Of a DNA stretch of 64,000 nt, positions 52,394 to 64,000 are shown one piece after another. The position numbers and the translations under genes were made by a program. Every line of letters starts with the position of its first letter. Position 1 is the first letter of the stretch. The notes beneath the pieces were generated by a model that saw only the letters and a program-made list of their open reading frames with translations, had not been told where the DNA came from and ran no database searches. Source of the stretch: Podarcis liolepis (lineage: Eukaryota); assembly GCA_965112155.1 (NCBI GenBank), contig OZ218098.1; one strand, given 5' to 3'.

Positions 52394-53026
52394 TGTGCTG
52401 GTCCCGGGGGTAAGGTACCGTGGGTGTAGCAGAGTCCACACGAAGAGGGGCAAGGTCCGAGGCAGAGAGCCGGGCGGGGAACAGGTACGCTGGAACAGGA
52501 GGCTGTGCAGGGAACAGGAACACCGGATGGTCGGGAACAGGAGGCCGAGCAGGGAACAGGAGTACCGGATAGTCAGGAACAGGAGGCCGAGCAGGGATCA
52601 GGAACACAGGAAGGTCCGAAGCCAACAACGACGTTGCTCCCGCAACCTGGGGCTGGGCTGACTGGGCTTTTATCCTCTTCTAAGGCCAGGGGCGGTCCCG
52701 GCCCCCAGGAGCCCCGCCTCCTCTGGCCTTAAGGCGAGCACTCCTCCTGGGGGCAACCAGTTCCCTTCGCCTCTCTGCCCTAAGCCTCTGCAGATCAGGA
52801 GAGGCCGAAGGGTTACTGGGCCCTGGAGGAGGCTCACCTGTGGCCACTGAGTCGTCAAGCCTCTCTGGGGCCAGAAGGGTTTCACCTGGGGCCAGCTCCT
52901 GATGCACTGCCACAGGTGCAGGTTCTTCAGCATCTAGGCCTTGCCCCAGTTCAGCCGGCCCTGGAGTCTTGTGCAGGCTGGGATTCCTCTGTTTCATCCT
53001 CCGAATCGGAATCCCAGGCCATCACA
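52394..53026 (-). repeat. 5' LTR (633 bp)
   Basis: Direct repeat of 47380-48012 with no difference seen by eye; ORF-track translations in the two copies are identical. Confidence 0.98.
52668..52674 (-). promoter_or_regulatory. TATA-like box GATAAAA of the LTR promoter (copy at 47654-47660)
   Basis: AT-rich element in a GC-rich LTR, 31 nt upstream of the predicted transcript start / self-primer at 52643. Confidence 0.65.
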
Positions 53027-53031
53027 CTAGC

Positions 53032-53257
53032 AGTTCGAAAGCACGTCAAAGTACAAGTAGATAAATAGGTACTGCTCTGGCGGGAAGGTAAATGGCATTT
53101 CCGTGTGCTGCTCTGGTTCGCCAGAAGCGGCTTAGTCATGCTGGCTACATGACCCGGAAGCTGTATGCCAGCTCCCTCGGCCAATAAAACGAGATGAGCG
53201 CTGTAACCCCAGAGTCAGCCACGACTGGACCTAATGATCAGGAGTCCCTTTACCTTT
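53032..53257 (+). mobile_element. Right piece of the Sauria SINE
   Basis: GTAGATAAATAGGTAC...GGGAAGGTAAA...CCCTTTACCTTT tail, homologous to 24521-24879; followed by TSD TACTAATCCAAGC (53258-53270). Confidence 0.92.
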
Positions 53258-53402
53258 TACTAATCCAAGCAAGAGAATCCTAAAAGGCAAAAGAGCCATC
53301 ATTTTGCAAAACCAGTGATGACTGCACTAGCTTGTGATGGAAAACTTCCTTCAGCTTGAATTGGAATAAATAACTCCATATTTGTGATCCATATTCATGA
53401 TG

Positions 53403-53571
53403 GAGGAAGCATTGTAGTTCAGTGGTAGAGCATTCAGCCCCCAACATCTCCAGGCAGGGGTGGAAGAGACTGTAATCGGACACTGCGGAGAGCTACTGTC
53501 ATTCAGCATGGACAATACTGAGTAGAGGGACCAATGGTCTCATTCAATATAAGGCAGCTTCCTTGGTTCCT
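53403..53571 (+). mobile_element. Degenerate Squam3-like SINE
   Basis: GTAGTTCAGTGGTAGAGCAT head and GGACAATACTGAG...AAGGCAGCTTCC tail, homologous to 63571-63767. Confidence 0.68.
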
Positions 53572-53849
53572 GGCTTTCTCGATGAGCAATTGGAGCAAAA
53601 ACACTTTTCTGCTACCAATAATGCTCTGTTGGTGCAAGTGTCCCGATGGTGCCATGTATATACTATATGCATGTTCACTACATTACTTTCTGGGAATTCT
53701 GTTTGCCATCCCATCACTAGCCAATCCAAATAACTTTATTGTACTAGCCATTGGAAATTCCATGCATCTCCCACCCAACCCAATACCTGATAATAAGGTT
53801 TTAGATTAACAGAAGCCATGGAAAACCTTTACCTGGAAGAGATTTGAGC

Positions 53850-54071
53850 NNNNNNNNNNNNNNNNNNNNNNNNNNNNNNNNNNNNNNNNNNNNNNNNNNN
53901 NNNNNNNNNNNNNNNNNNNNNNNNNNNNNNNNNNNNNNNNNNNNNNNNNNNNNNNNNNNNNNNNNNNNNNNNNNNNNNNNNNNNNNNNNNNNNNNNNNNN
54001 NNNNNNNNNNNNNNNNNNNNNNNNNNNNNNNNNNNNNNNNNNNNNNNNNNNNNNNNNNNNNNNNNNNNNNN
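53850..54071. other. Assembly gap (222 N)
   Basis: Run of N. Confidence 1.
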
Positions 54072-54924
54072 CATCTCTATAGCTATGGGATGCTATTTAA
54101 TTTCGATGTTTATTCTAGCTTTAAATTCCCTATCTACAAGTACTTTTTGTCCAAAAACATCCCTTCTTTCACAACTCTTTAAATAACAGAGATGCAATAG
54201 GCACACAGCCTTCACTGCTTGGAAGTGCAGTGACAGGGAATACTTCAACTGTTGAATTTCTGCCCATCATGCAGGAACCCCTGCCAGGAGAAAGCCAGCA
54301 AGAAAAGCGCAGAACCCTAAGGGTAGTACTTTGCACAGGGTACCATTTTGGCTTCTAGGGAAGAAATGTCATTAGGTTTATTAAAACTCAATTTTGGCTT
54401 CCCTAGGAATTCCTTAAATTTAATCTGAGACGGAATCTTTAAATTCTCTTCAAATACACTTTGCAGGCAATTTCTGATGGCCCCCTATAGCTCCAGAATA
54501 TTGTAGTACCCCTGTATTAAGTTCAGGCCAGGAATCATGTTTTTTCATGGGTTCAGGAAGCCCTACTCTGCCCTGCCTGGCACCTATTCAAACACTCTTC
54601 TGCCTAAGACTGCAAAGAACCAGGTTGACTATAGCCCTCTTCAGACATTTGGCTCTCTACACATAAGGGTTTAAAGTATGTAGAAGGGCAGGAGGACACA
54701 TGTAAAGTCCACCTCTAATGTGATGTGCAGGGGTTCCTTTGGGACCTTCACTCACTGAGCATGAAGGTCTGAAGGGAGCTTCTAAATGAGTTCAATTAAA
54801 CACATGTCAAAGCCCCATTCAGAATGTCATGCTCAAATATATAAAGGTCTAAGAGAAGCCCACATGTGTGCAGAAAGTGGGGTAGGGCTTGGATGTATGC
54901 CCCCTACCTTTCCACTCAACTTCA

Positions 54925-55264
54925 CATACCCTCCAACATTTCTCTGATGAAAATAGGGACGTTCCATTCCATGTCAATTTTAATATTTATACCCCACACA
55001 TCTTACTGGGTTGGCCCAGCCACTCTGGGCAGCTCCCAACATATATAAAAAACATAATAAAACATTAAACTTTTTTTAAACAACCCTTCACTATATAGGA
55101 TTGCCTTTAGATGGCTCAGGCATTGGATAACTCCACAACCACCAACATTTCTCCAGTGAAAATAGAGACATCCTAAGGAAAATATTCCAGGATCAAATCA
55201 GACACCGGGATGGATTCTCTAAATCAGGGATGTCTCTGGAAAATAGGGACACTTGGAGGGTCTG
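54925..55264 (-). mobile_element. Second, inverted copy of the composite TIR element
   Basis: Reverse-complement colinearity with 17790-18133, including the internal LINE tail. Confidence 0.75.
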
Positions 55265-56109
55265 ATTTCCAGTCTTCCATTTCCATGAGGTAACAACAAA
55301 TTGCTTCTCCTAAAAACACACCACTATTCCTTGTTCCCCTTTAAAAGGCCAGACATATCTTCAGAACCCTTTTTTATTATTAAAGAAAAGACAAGACATT
55401 GCATAATTTTATGTATATCTGAAATGCATTACTATTATATGTGTATTAATATTCTGTAGAACTCAAGGGGATAGACATTTCTCCAGGCACTCTCCAAGCA
55501 CTGCCCTGTTTAATGGCAAAAACACCAGAGGCCTTTAACGCATCAGGTGTATTGATACCATGCCATAGGGTCATAAATATTTACATTCCTTCTCTCAGAG
55601 CTGAATGTAAACTCCCTTTCCTCCTTATATTGTTGCATCATATGCTATGAGATTTTGAGCACATTGTGTTGTTTTCTTCTTCCTTTTTCCCAGTGACTAC
55701 TAGGAGTCTTCTAAATCAAGATTTATTTATTTTGAGGGGCAAATGTTTATGAAATGGTTTTAAAAATACATGGGGCATTTGAAGTTATATGCCATTTACT
55801 TCAAGTTAACATCATTGATCTATCATAAAATCCACAGGATCTTAAACGAAAGCATTGGGGTATTTTCATGCCAGATTTTACCCTAGAGATTTTAATAGTA
55901 TCATAAAATAGAAGAGCTTTGATTTATGTACACATAGCCCATCAAAAGCACACAGCTGTGATTTTATAAGGACTTTTATTATTTTTCCTGACTGTGATCC
56001 ACATACTCTATAAGTAATTGTATATTAATAAGCCTCTAGGTCTTTTATATGTTTCTATTATATTTATTGCTAAATAAGAAAGTGTGAATTCTGTTGGCAT
56101 TTTCAGATA

Positions 56110-56970
56110 CACAGGGTGCTTCTAGATGGGAGCCCTCTAGCACAACCCATTGATAGGTCCCCCTTCCCTGGACAATTGCAATCTGCCTTTCATACTGCAG
56201 CAGAGATTGTGGTCCTTTTCTCAGCTTGCATAACCCCTTTCTCTGTATTTACTGCTGTCCTTGAGGCACAGGCTGCTTGGGCAATGCAGGGTGCCTTTCA
56301 CCAGCTTAGGCTGGTGGCCTATTTAGATAAGGATAAATTTGGCTACAGTATTCTGTGCTCAAGGTTGGATTATTGCAATGTGCTTTACGTGAGGCTGCCC
56401 TTGAAGTTCAGAATGTTAGCTGCTGGACTCTTGGCAGTTTCCAAGGAGAACAGATCACATAACTCCAGTTCTATTCCAACTATACTCGTTGCCTGAATTC
56501 CAAGCCCAATTCCAAGTGCTGGCTTTGACCTTTAAAACTCTTTACAGCTCAGGGCCCCAATATCTTCTAGAATGCATCTCCCAATATGAACCTACTTGGG
56601 CCCTTACATTTTTATCTAAGGTCCCCGCTCCAAGGTCAACTCAGAGGATGGTGGCAAGGGAGAAGACCTTTTCAATTGTGGCTCCTCGTCTGTGAAATGC
56701 ACTCTCCAGTGAGGTCTGCCTGGTGCTTCCATTGAGATAAAGACTTATATTCCCCCCCCCCCTCAGCCTTTGGATAGACTGAGATAAGGGTGTTTGTTAT
56801 TACTGTGCCTCCAAAGCTTCCTGTGGCTTTTTGGGGAGGAAGGGGGTTGTTGTTGTTGTTGTTTATTCTGTTTTGTTGTATGCTATAGTTATTCATGTTT
56901 TTAACAGTGCCATAAGTCATTTGGATACCTTTGGTTAACAAGTGACTAGCCAGTCTAATAAATGATAATA
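56110..56970 (+). mobile_element. L2-like LINE 3' remnant (decayed ORF2 C-terminus plus 3' UTR)
   Basis: Motifs SRLDYCNVLYVRLPLK, FQVLALTFKTLYSSGPQYL and FSIVAPRL*NAL, and an AAT-rich tail. Similar remnants at ~6560-7160, ~23540-23830, ~24380-24950, ~35560-35850 (+) and ~25340-26090 (-). Confidence 0.8.
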
Positions 56971-58233
56971 ATGGTGATCCTGTCCATATCAGAACATGAT
57001 CAGATATAACCAGGCTTCAACTTGATTGTCCCTGTTTTATTTCTCCAGCTTCAAAGATCCCTTTTTCCTGAGCATGTGTGTGTGTGTGTGTGTGCGCACG
57101 TGCGCGCGCCTGCATGCATGCACACTTTTATTTTAATTAGCAGAATTGTACTATATTGAAATTCTTAAATGGCGCTGTATGCCTTCCCCAGTGCTATTCC
57201 TTGCACAGCACAGAGCCTGCTGCAATTCTCCTGCTGCGTTGATTGCACAGTTGAATCTTGCATTCAAACCCATCCACTGATACTGGACATCTATAGGACA
57301 GTGGCTGAGAGGATGAGAGTGGACCTGTGATTTCTTGGCACCTGTTGCAATGGTACCCCATGGGTATGAAGGGGGGGCAAGCCAAGGGCATACACAAACT
57401 TGGTGCTGATTATGCCTGGGGACACAATGAAAGATTATTATTGCATATAAGCAAGCACATAGACCACCTCCATCTTTTCCATAAGGTGACTGTGGTTTCA
57501 CTGACATGCAAGACATACTAGAATTCATAGCAGCGCATTTCTAATAGAAGGGAGCACCAATGCACACTCTCCCCCAAGTCTCACTATCATGCACAACGCA
57601 GCCAAGTCCCAATCTAGAAGGGGAATCTCTGTGCACAATCTTGTTTCCATCTGCAGAGTACTCTTGGTAATGTACTTTTAGAAACAATTATTGTCAAACC
57701 TACAGGGGAAAACAGCAGCTAGGTTTAAGAATCCACTTATCTGCCCCAGGGAAGCTCAAGGAAATGAATAAAAACATCCACAAGAATTTACTATCGCCGC
57801 AATAGTAGAGGTAATTGGGCTGACTTTAGGACAGGATAAGTAGTTTAAAATAAAGCTTTATATGATGAAAATCCTGGGTCTTTTTAAAGGACCTATTTTT
57901 GATGTTAACTCTAATCTTTGGACATGTTCCATAAATTCATGCAGTTCACTTGTTACTGTAGCTGTTACTGTATTTGAATCTAACCCATTTCCCCTCTGTT
58001 TGTATGATCAACCTAACCTACTATGGAAGCTGAGGCTGGTGTGAATGGAGGTGGGCGTTATGAGTTCTTAGGCCTGTAGGATGAAAACGGGTGCATAAAT
58101 GAGTAAGAGAGAGCTTTGATTTCCCTATGCTAAATTGACAGTATTAATGCATTTGATAAAATACAAGGAAGCAAGCTTGCTTCAAGATGTGACAACTTAA
58201 AATTTTGTCCCATACTTAAGGCTATGTTAAAAG

Positions 58234-58275
<42 letters not shown>

Positions 58276-59461
58276 TTTTGTAATGGTTCAAAGGGACTTG
58301 AAAATTGCCCTGAGGAGAAAGGACCAAAAAGCAGAAAGCGTTGATGGACTCCAAGCTGGAGTACAAAATCAGTTCTCAGTTTATGGAGCCTTTGCATCAG
58401 CCTTCTTCAACCTGATGCCCTCAAGATATTTTGGACCACAACTTCTATCAGCCCCATCCAACAAGGCCAGTGTTCAGCGATGATGGGAGTTGTAGTCCCA
58501 AACATTTTGAGGGCATCAGGTTGTGAAAGGCTGCTTTGCATGGTTCTAACATTTGAGAGAACTTGCTACTGCACAGCAGAAAAGAGAGGACCTGTAGATA
58601 AGACCTTCCACCCATAGTTCACAAGGTGTTAAAACACAAATATTTCAGAAATAGAGACACCAGCCAATTCTATATATACCTGGATTTTCTGCGGGACTCC
58701 CTGGATACCAATTGTGTGAGTTGCTATTGACTCAAAAATAGGGCCATTTCATAACATATGAATAAGCTCTAAGAGCAGCTAGTAGAAGATGCTTCTGAGA
58801 CAAACTACAAGTGACAGGACTGTTGTGGTGTGATTTATCCATCCCTACCTGTCATCCCAAGCTTGAGGCACACTCTGAGCATGAGCAGATGTGAGGTTTT
58901 AACATGCTCTAAGCTCCTTTCTTTTCTCCAAGAATACTCTCATAACTCTTCCATTTAGTACATGTGCCCCCAAGCCAAACTGTATTCTACCTTTGGCTTG
59001 TGGGGCAGCAGATGGTATCTGTGTCACCGTCTGAACAAGCTGAAAATTACAGAGGGTTTTTATGGCCAAAACCAATTTGATCAGAGCCTTTCTCAGCTTG
59101 CCCATCCATTCTGATTACAGGATTTCCTGCGGTCCTGTTTGAAAGCTCTGTTGCACCAATGAAGAGTAATAGGCTATGGCCTCTCGGTGGCTCCGGGAGC
59201 TTTACATTGATTAGGAGGCCTGTAATTCTGCTTGTGTGGTCTCTAGGAGTCAGAATGCTTAAGTACATAGGGGACACTATGGTCACAGAAGAATGGGAAG
59301 GGTATCCAAAACAGCTTCTTTCAGTGTATGGTGTTGCATTTGTTAAAAGCACTGAAATGGTAGAACAAAATATATTTCTGTGTTTGTCTAGACTCTGCAC
59401 ATTTTGTTGTTTGTATGTCTAGAATCCATGGAACTCTTTTGATGCATCTCTGGCCTAGTTA

Positions 59462-59702
59462 CAGTGGTACATCAGGTTAAGTACTTAATTCGTTCTGGAG
59501 GTCCGTTCTTAACCTGAAACTGTTCTTAACCTGAAGCACCACTTTAGCTAATGGGGCCTCCTCCTGCTGCCGCGCTGCCGGAGCCCGATTTCTGTTCTTA
59601 TCCTGAAGCAAAGTTCTAACCTGAAGGACTATTTCTGGGTTAGCGGAGTGTGTAACCTGAAGCGTATGTAACCTGAAGCGTATGTAACCCAAGGTACCAC
59701 TG
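59462..59702. mobile_element. Second copy of the same Tc1/mariner MITE
   Basis: Colinear with 36021-36251; TA TSD and CAGTGGTAC TIR. Confidence 0.88.
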
Positions 59703-59769
59703 TATAGGGAAACAAAAATATTATTGAGATGCACAAAAAATAGGCAGACCTCACCTGGAGTTCTGTACC

Positions 59770-60215
59770 CAGTTCTGGGCATTGTGGTTTAAGAAATATC
59801 TTGACAGACTGGAACATGTCCAGAGGACAGCAACAAAGATTGTGAGGAACCCTGGAGACCAAGTCTCATGAGGAAACTGGAGTGTGTTTAGTATGGAATA
59901 GAGAATTAGGAAGTAATATGATATTTATCTTCAAATGACTGAAGGGCTGTCATATAAATGATAGCACAAATTTATTTACTGTTGCCCCAGAGCACATGAC
60001 CCAAACCAATTAAACATTAGGAAGAACTTCCTGATATGATGAGATGTTTGGCAGTGGAACAGGCTGCCTTGGAAGGTGATGAATTCTCCCTTGTTAGATG
60101 CTTTTAAGCAAAAGCTGGAATGCCATCTCTCAGGGATGCTGTAGCAGTGGTTTTCCTGCATTGGCAGGTGGTTGAAATAGATGACCTTTGAGGTCCTGTC
60201 CGACTCTAAAATTCA
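59770..60215 (+). mobile_element. CR1 LINE 3' remnant
   Basis: Decayed [10 protein letters not shown]...ETKSHEE motif, then AACATTAGGAAGAACTTCCTG and GATGACCTTTGAGGTCC 3' motifs. Other CR1 pieces at ~600-780 (-), ~17400-17560 (+), ~26100-26640 (-), ~45200-45700 (+). Confidence 0.78.
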
Positions 60216-61187
60216 CCTCAAAATGCCTGTATGGTAGAATTGTGGCAGTCTTACTTTGGCACATCAAAAATAAACTGAAAACAGTTTGTCATTGCCTGCT
60301 CAAATGTGACAGTTACTATGTTTTGGGGAACTCTATTTAGAATCCAATCCCATAGCTGTCTTCCTGGGAGTAAACCCACTGAACTCAATGGGACTTATTT
60401 CTGAATGACACACATGCACCATTAATAGCCACATTAGGTATAGAATAAATACATTGTCATGGAATGTGAAAGCATTTCTCATCAAATGCATGCAACTTTC
60501 CTTCTGGAGTCCCAAGTAGTAGGATCTTCCTCCAAACACACCCAAAAGTGTCTTTTTGTTTGACACACAATCTGTATGCCAAAAGTATGCCAATCTGGAT
60601 AACAGCTCATGGGCACTAAATGTCAATCCTTTTTCTCTTTCATTAGCTAAAAGCTTCTGCCCGTTATCCCTGTCTCACAGTCACTAAATTGAAAACAAGA
60701 GAAATTTTACTGGAAACCATTTCTCGTTGGGTCTTGTATCCTCTCAAGTGGGTTCCTGCATTAAAAGTTGTTGCCAGGCTAAGAAGTTCAAAGCTCTGCA
60801 AAATGCGTCAAGCGACTTCAAGAAGGGTCCCGTTCACCATTAAATTAAATGATTTGAAGTCCGAGGATCAAAACCCAATTCTGCTGTGGCCTTTGCCTTG
60901 AGCAAAGTAATTATTACTCTGTGATTCTACTACAGAGAAGAAACTGAGTCAGGGTTGGAAGGGGTCTTCAGAGGTCATTTAGCCCAACGCTATGGGCAGT
61001 GCAGGAAACCCTGTACTCCTGCATTCCTGGTAACCGTCAATCTGCCCCCTATTTCAAAACCTTTAACAAAGGAGAATATGGGAATAGTAGTCACCAGCTT
61101 CATGGGCTCTTCTTTTGGTGTGAGAAGAAATACAGTTTAAAAAATTGCTACTCTCTCTGAACTGTAGAGCTGGTGTGGTCACCTGAA

Positions 61188-61238
<51 letters not shown>

Positions 61239-61385
61239 TTTTTATTATTATTTATACCCTGCCCATCTGGCTGCGTTTCCCCAGCAACCCTGGGCGGCTT
61301 CCAACAAAATATTAAAATACAATAGTCTATTAAACATTAAAAGCTGCCCTAAACAGGGCTGCCTTCAGATGTCTTCTAAAAGTCT
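61188..61385 (-). mobile_element. LINE (L2-like) extreme 3' end with adjacent (AAT)n array
   Basis: Reverse complement of ...GTTGGAAGCCGCCCAGGG...CCAGATGGGCAGGGGTATAAATAATAAT; the same tail occurs inside the composite TIR elements. Confidence 0.7.
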
Positions 61386-63570
61386 GAAAGTCTAAATAAT
61401 AAAACTCCTATGTTACTACAGTATAACCAAGAACAATCTCTCTTATTCTCTGTGACAGATGGAAATGTTTCGACATTCAAAGGAAACATTTGGTATTTCA
61501 TCTTTACTTTGCATACCATCTTCTCATGGCTCAAAAGGTTTATGGCACTGTGTCATATTCTTAGAGGCTTCTTGGTTTGAGAGCTAATGTGTTCAAGGAA
61601 CTTAGGTACCTGCTTGGGAAAGCAGTAGGAAATGAGATAAAGAGTTGTGGGTTTAGGAAACAGTTGTGCCCTCTGAACAGAACCACAAGCAGGGATGAAT
61701 ATGGTGAGGGAAAGCACACAACACACCCTATAATATTTTAAAACATTTGTAAGGACACTCTAGATAACTGTTGTTTTTCCATGCCTGTTTTATGCACCGA
61801 TAGCTGTTTGCTGGTGGCTTTCCAGGATTGGTGCAGAAGTGTGTTCCAACTTTTGTCACCTTCAGAAGCTCTTATTGTGAGAATAGCTAAGTGGGTCATT
61901 TGGTGGGGGGGGGGTGTCAAAGAATGGCACTATTTATATCTGGGGACCAGGTATGCTCCAGATATTTAGTCCTCTTCTTCAAACATGAATAAGCTGCAAT
62001 TTTTAGATAACCTCTTTTATTTTGCTTCAGGGACTGGACAGATAAAGTTTGGGTCTTAGCTTGGGGCAGTAGTGGTGAACTTCGAAAAAAAAGTTGTTAT
62101 TACATTTTTGTCCCTTTCACAAACAGCCTCCTAAGGCCAGAAAACATCCAACTAGTTTTAAATCATAGTTTGGAAAATTTAGGAGCACATAAGAGTAGTA
62201 GGTAGGTAGGTAGGTAGGTATAGCTTCAGTTGCCTAAATAACATTGACAGAGCCCCCTACTCCCTCATTTCTTTGCTGGTCTGGTGAATTTCTGACCTTC
62301 CACAGAAGCATTAGAGTTGCCCAGAGGTGAGATCATTGATGTGAGCAGTCAGTTATTGCAGTGGGTTTCAGTATTTGGCTGTTCCATCTTGGATATTTGT
62401 TCCGTACATCCGTTAACAACTGCCCATTTTAAGTACTCAGGACTTTATACACAGAGACACCATAAAAATGTTACATCTAAGACATCATAGACAGTCTACA
62501 GGCCCAGAAGCAGAAAACACTAACCTAACAGAAAGAGCAGGTATCATTGATGCATGAGCTTTAAAAATTTAGACCATTTAGACAAGGCTCCTTCTACCAC
62601 CTCTCAGATGGCACCTCTGCATTTTCAAGCCACAGAGGAGCAATTGTTAGAAGCACAACTATTCTGTAGCCGGGGGGGGGGGGGGAATAATTTTGCTGGA
62701 TACATTCCCACATTCTTCAGCACAGATGTATAAATGCAACATCAGCTTCGCATAATGAGTTTTTCAGATGAAATTTCATTTTAAATGAATTAAGCAAACA
62801 CGATAGCCCTTACCTTCAGTTCTTTAGTTTGATTAAATTCAGATTGCTTTATCCTTCCCTTATAAATCACGTACTTATATTGCTAGAGATTGTTATCTTT
62901 AGGATTCATAGTAGGTAATGCCAATATGTGGAGGATTGTCTTAGACTAAAGGATGAATTATTTTTGAGAGAAATGTAGGTGGTTTGAAAGATGGGTTGCT
63001 TTTTTGTGACACCAGTGTATTCGTCTCCTTTGGCATCTTGTGAACATGTTTTGGTAAAGAACTTGGAAAGATTTTGCATTGTTTCAAAACCAGACAATGC
63101 TTGTTTAGCTAAAGTTTGCAGTGGGACAAAAGGAAGGTGCACTGTGGGCTAAGGGTGGCTGAATCTCTCAATTGCAATTCTCCTGGTTTCTCATTACATT
63201 CACTTCTCCACATCTCCATAGCAATTTTCAATTTTTCATATAAAACAAAATCCTCTTGAAAATTCATCAGTATTTCACTATGAATTTATACTAATAAACA
63301 CATTTCATAATGCAATTTCTCCCAAATTTAATGTGTGTTATTTTCAATAATACATGAACATTTATGCACTTCCCCCCCTAAGTATTTACAGTTTTGCCTA
63401 TATTGTTTGGCTAGAGAAGTACATTGCAAAAGTGTGCATTTTGAAAGATAGCTGTGCTTCAGTTCATGTATTGGTATAAGAGTGAATCAGAGAGTTTCTC
63501 ATTAAAATGTAAACAAAATTGAAAGTAACCTCCATCCCTGTTCTGCATCTTCCCAGCTAAAGTGCAGATC

Positions 63571-63767
63571 AGAAGACTCATAGCTCAGGGGTAGAACATC
63601 TGTTTTGCACGCAGAAAGTTCCTGGTTCAATCCCTGGCATTTCCAAGTAGGGCTAGGAATGTCCTTCAACTGAAACTCTGGAGAGCTTTTGGCCCATTAG
63701 TGCAGGCAATACTGAACTAGATGGATTAGTAGTCTGGCTCAGTACAAGGCAGCTTTTCATGTCCCTA
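63571..63767 (+). mobile_element. tRNA-derived SINE (Squam3-like)
   Basis: A box TAGCTCAGGGG, B box GGTTCAATCCC, and a 3' body shared with 53403-53571. Family name assigned from memory. Confidence 0.72.
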
Positions 63768-64000
63768 AAATTCAGCTAGCCAGTGCATTTTGTACTTTCT
63801 GAAAGTTTTGGTGCAATTCTTAACTCAAAAAGGATGGGCATGTATTTTAAAATGCATGTTTTGAGAGAACATAGTTTGAAATATATATGTTTAAATAATA
63901 TTGCAATGCAAATTTGAATGATGGCATCCACATCCATCCCACTCAATCACATATTTATATGAAAATGGGGTGAAGTGGGCTTATAGGGGAAAGGGGCCAG

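Larger units (their letters stand above)
47380..53026 (-). mobile_element. Full-length chromodomain Ty3/Gypsy LTR retrotransposon (Tf1/sushi group), 5647 bp
   Basis: TG...CA termini, two 633-bp LTRs, 5-bp TSD CTAGC (47375-47379 and 53027-53031), uninterrupted gag and pol in PR-RT-RH-IN-chromodomain order, PPT, and no CpG depletion. Confidence 0.99.

Noticed and set aside
47902-52429. Antisense and alternative-frame ORFs within gag/pol
   Set aside because: Shadow ORFs expected from GC-rich coding sequence; no motifs.
47380-53026. Endogenous retrovirus with env, or a domesticated PEG10/RTL1 gene
   Set aside because: No env-like ORF; the LTRs, TSD and intact integrase indicate a mobile Gypsy element.
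53829-54182. ORFs spanning poly-X
   Set aside because: Artefacts of the assembly gap.
63571-63650. tRNA gene
   Set aside because: The A and B boxes run into a SINE body shared with 53403-53571; no convincing cloverleaf.

Overview
Vertebrate genomic DNA from a squamate, probably a lacertid lizard (inferred from Sauria SINEs with an ACCTTT tail, Squam-type SINEs and CR1/L2 remnants). The only recognisable host gene is the signal-peptide exon 1 of LRP1B (minus strand, 12443-12527) in a CpG island. Positions 1-12442 are intron 1; beyond ~13.5 kb is repeat-rich upstream DNA. The main feature is an intact, very young chromodomain Ty3/Gypsy retrotransposon of the Tf1/sushi (PEG10/RTL1-related) type at 47380-53026 (minus strand). 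It has 633-bp LTRs that look identical, a CTAGC target-site duplication (TSD), open gag and pol, a PEG10-like G GGA AAC -1 frameshift site with an H-type pseudoknot, and a self-priming PBS. It is nested inside a Sauria SINE. The most novel-looking signal is that the U3 of this element and two dissimilar solo LTRs (28067-28498, ~45871-46277) each carry a ~100-codon acidic-to-basic reading frame. In both solo LTRs the frame starts in the phase in which pol enters the intact element's LTR, and the intact element's version contains an HMGN-like RRSARL motif. All comparisons were made by eye; no alignments or database searches were run.
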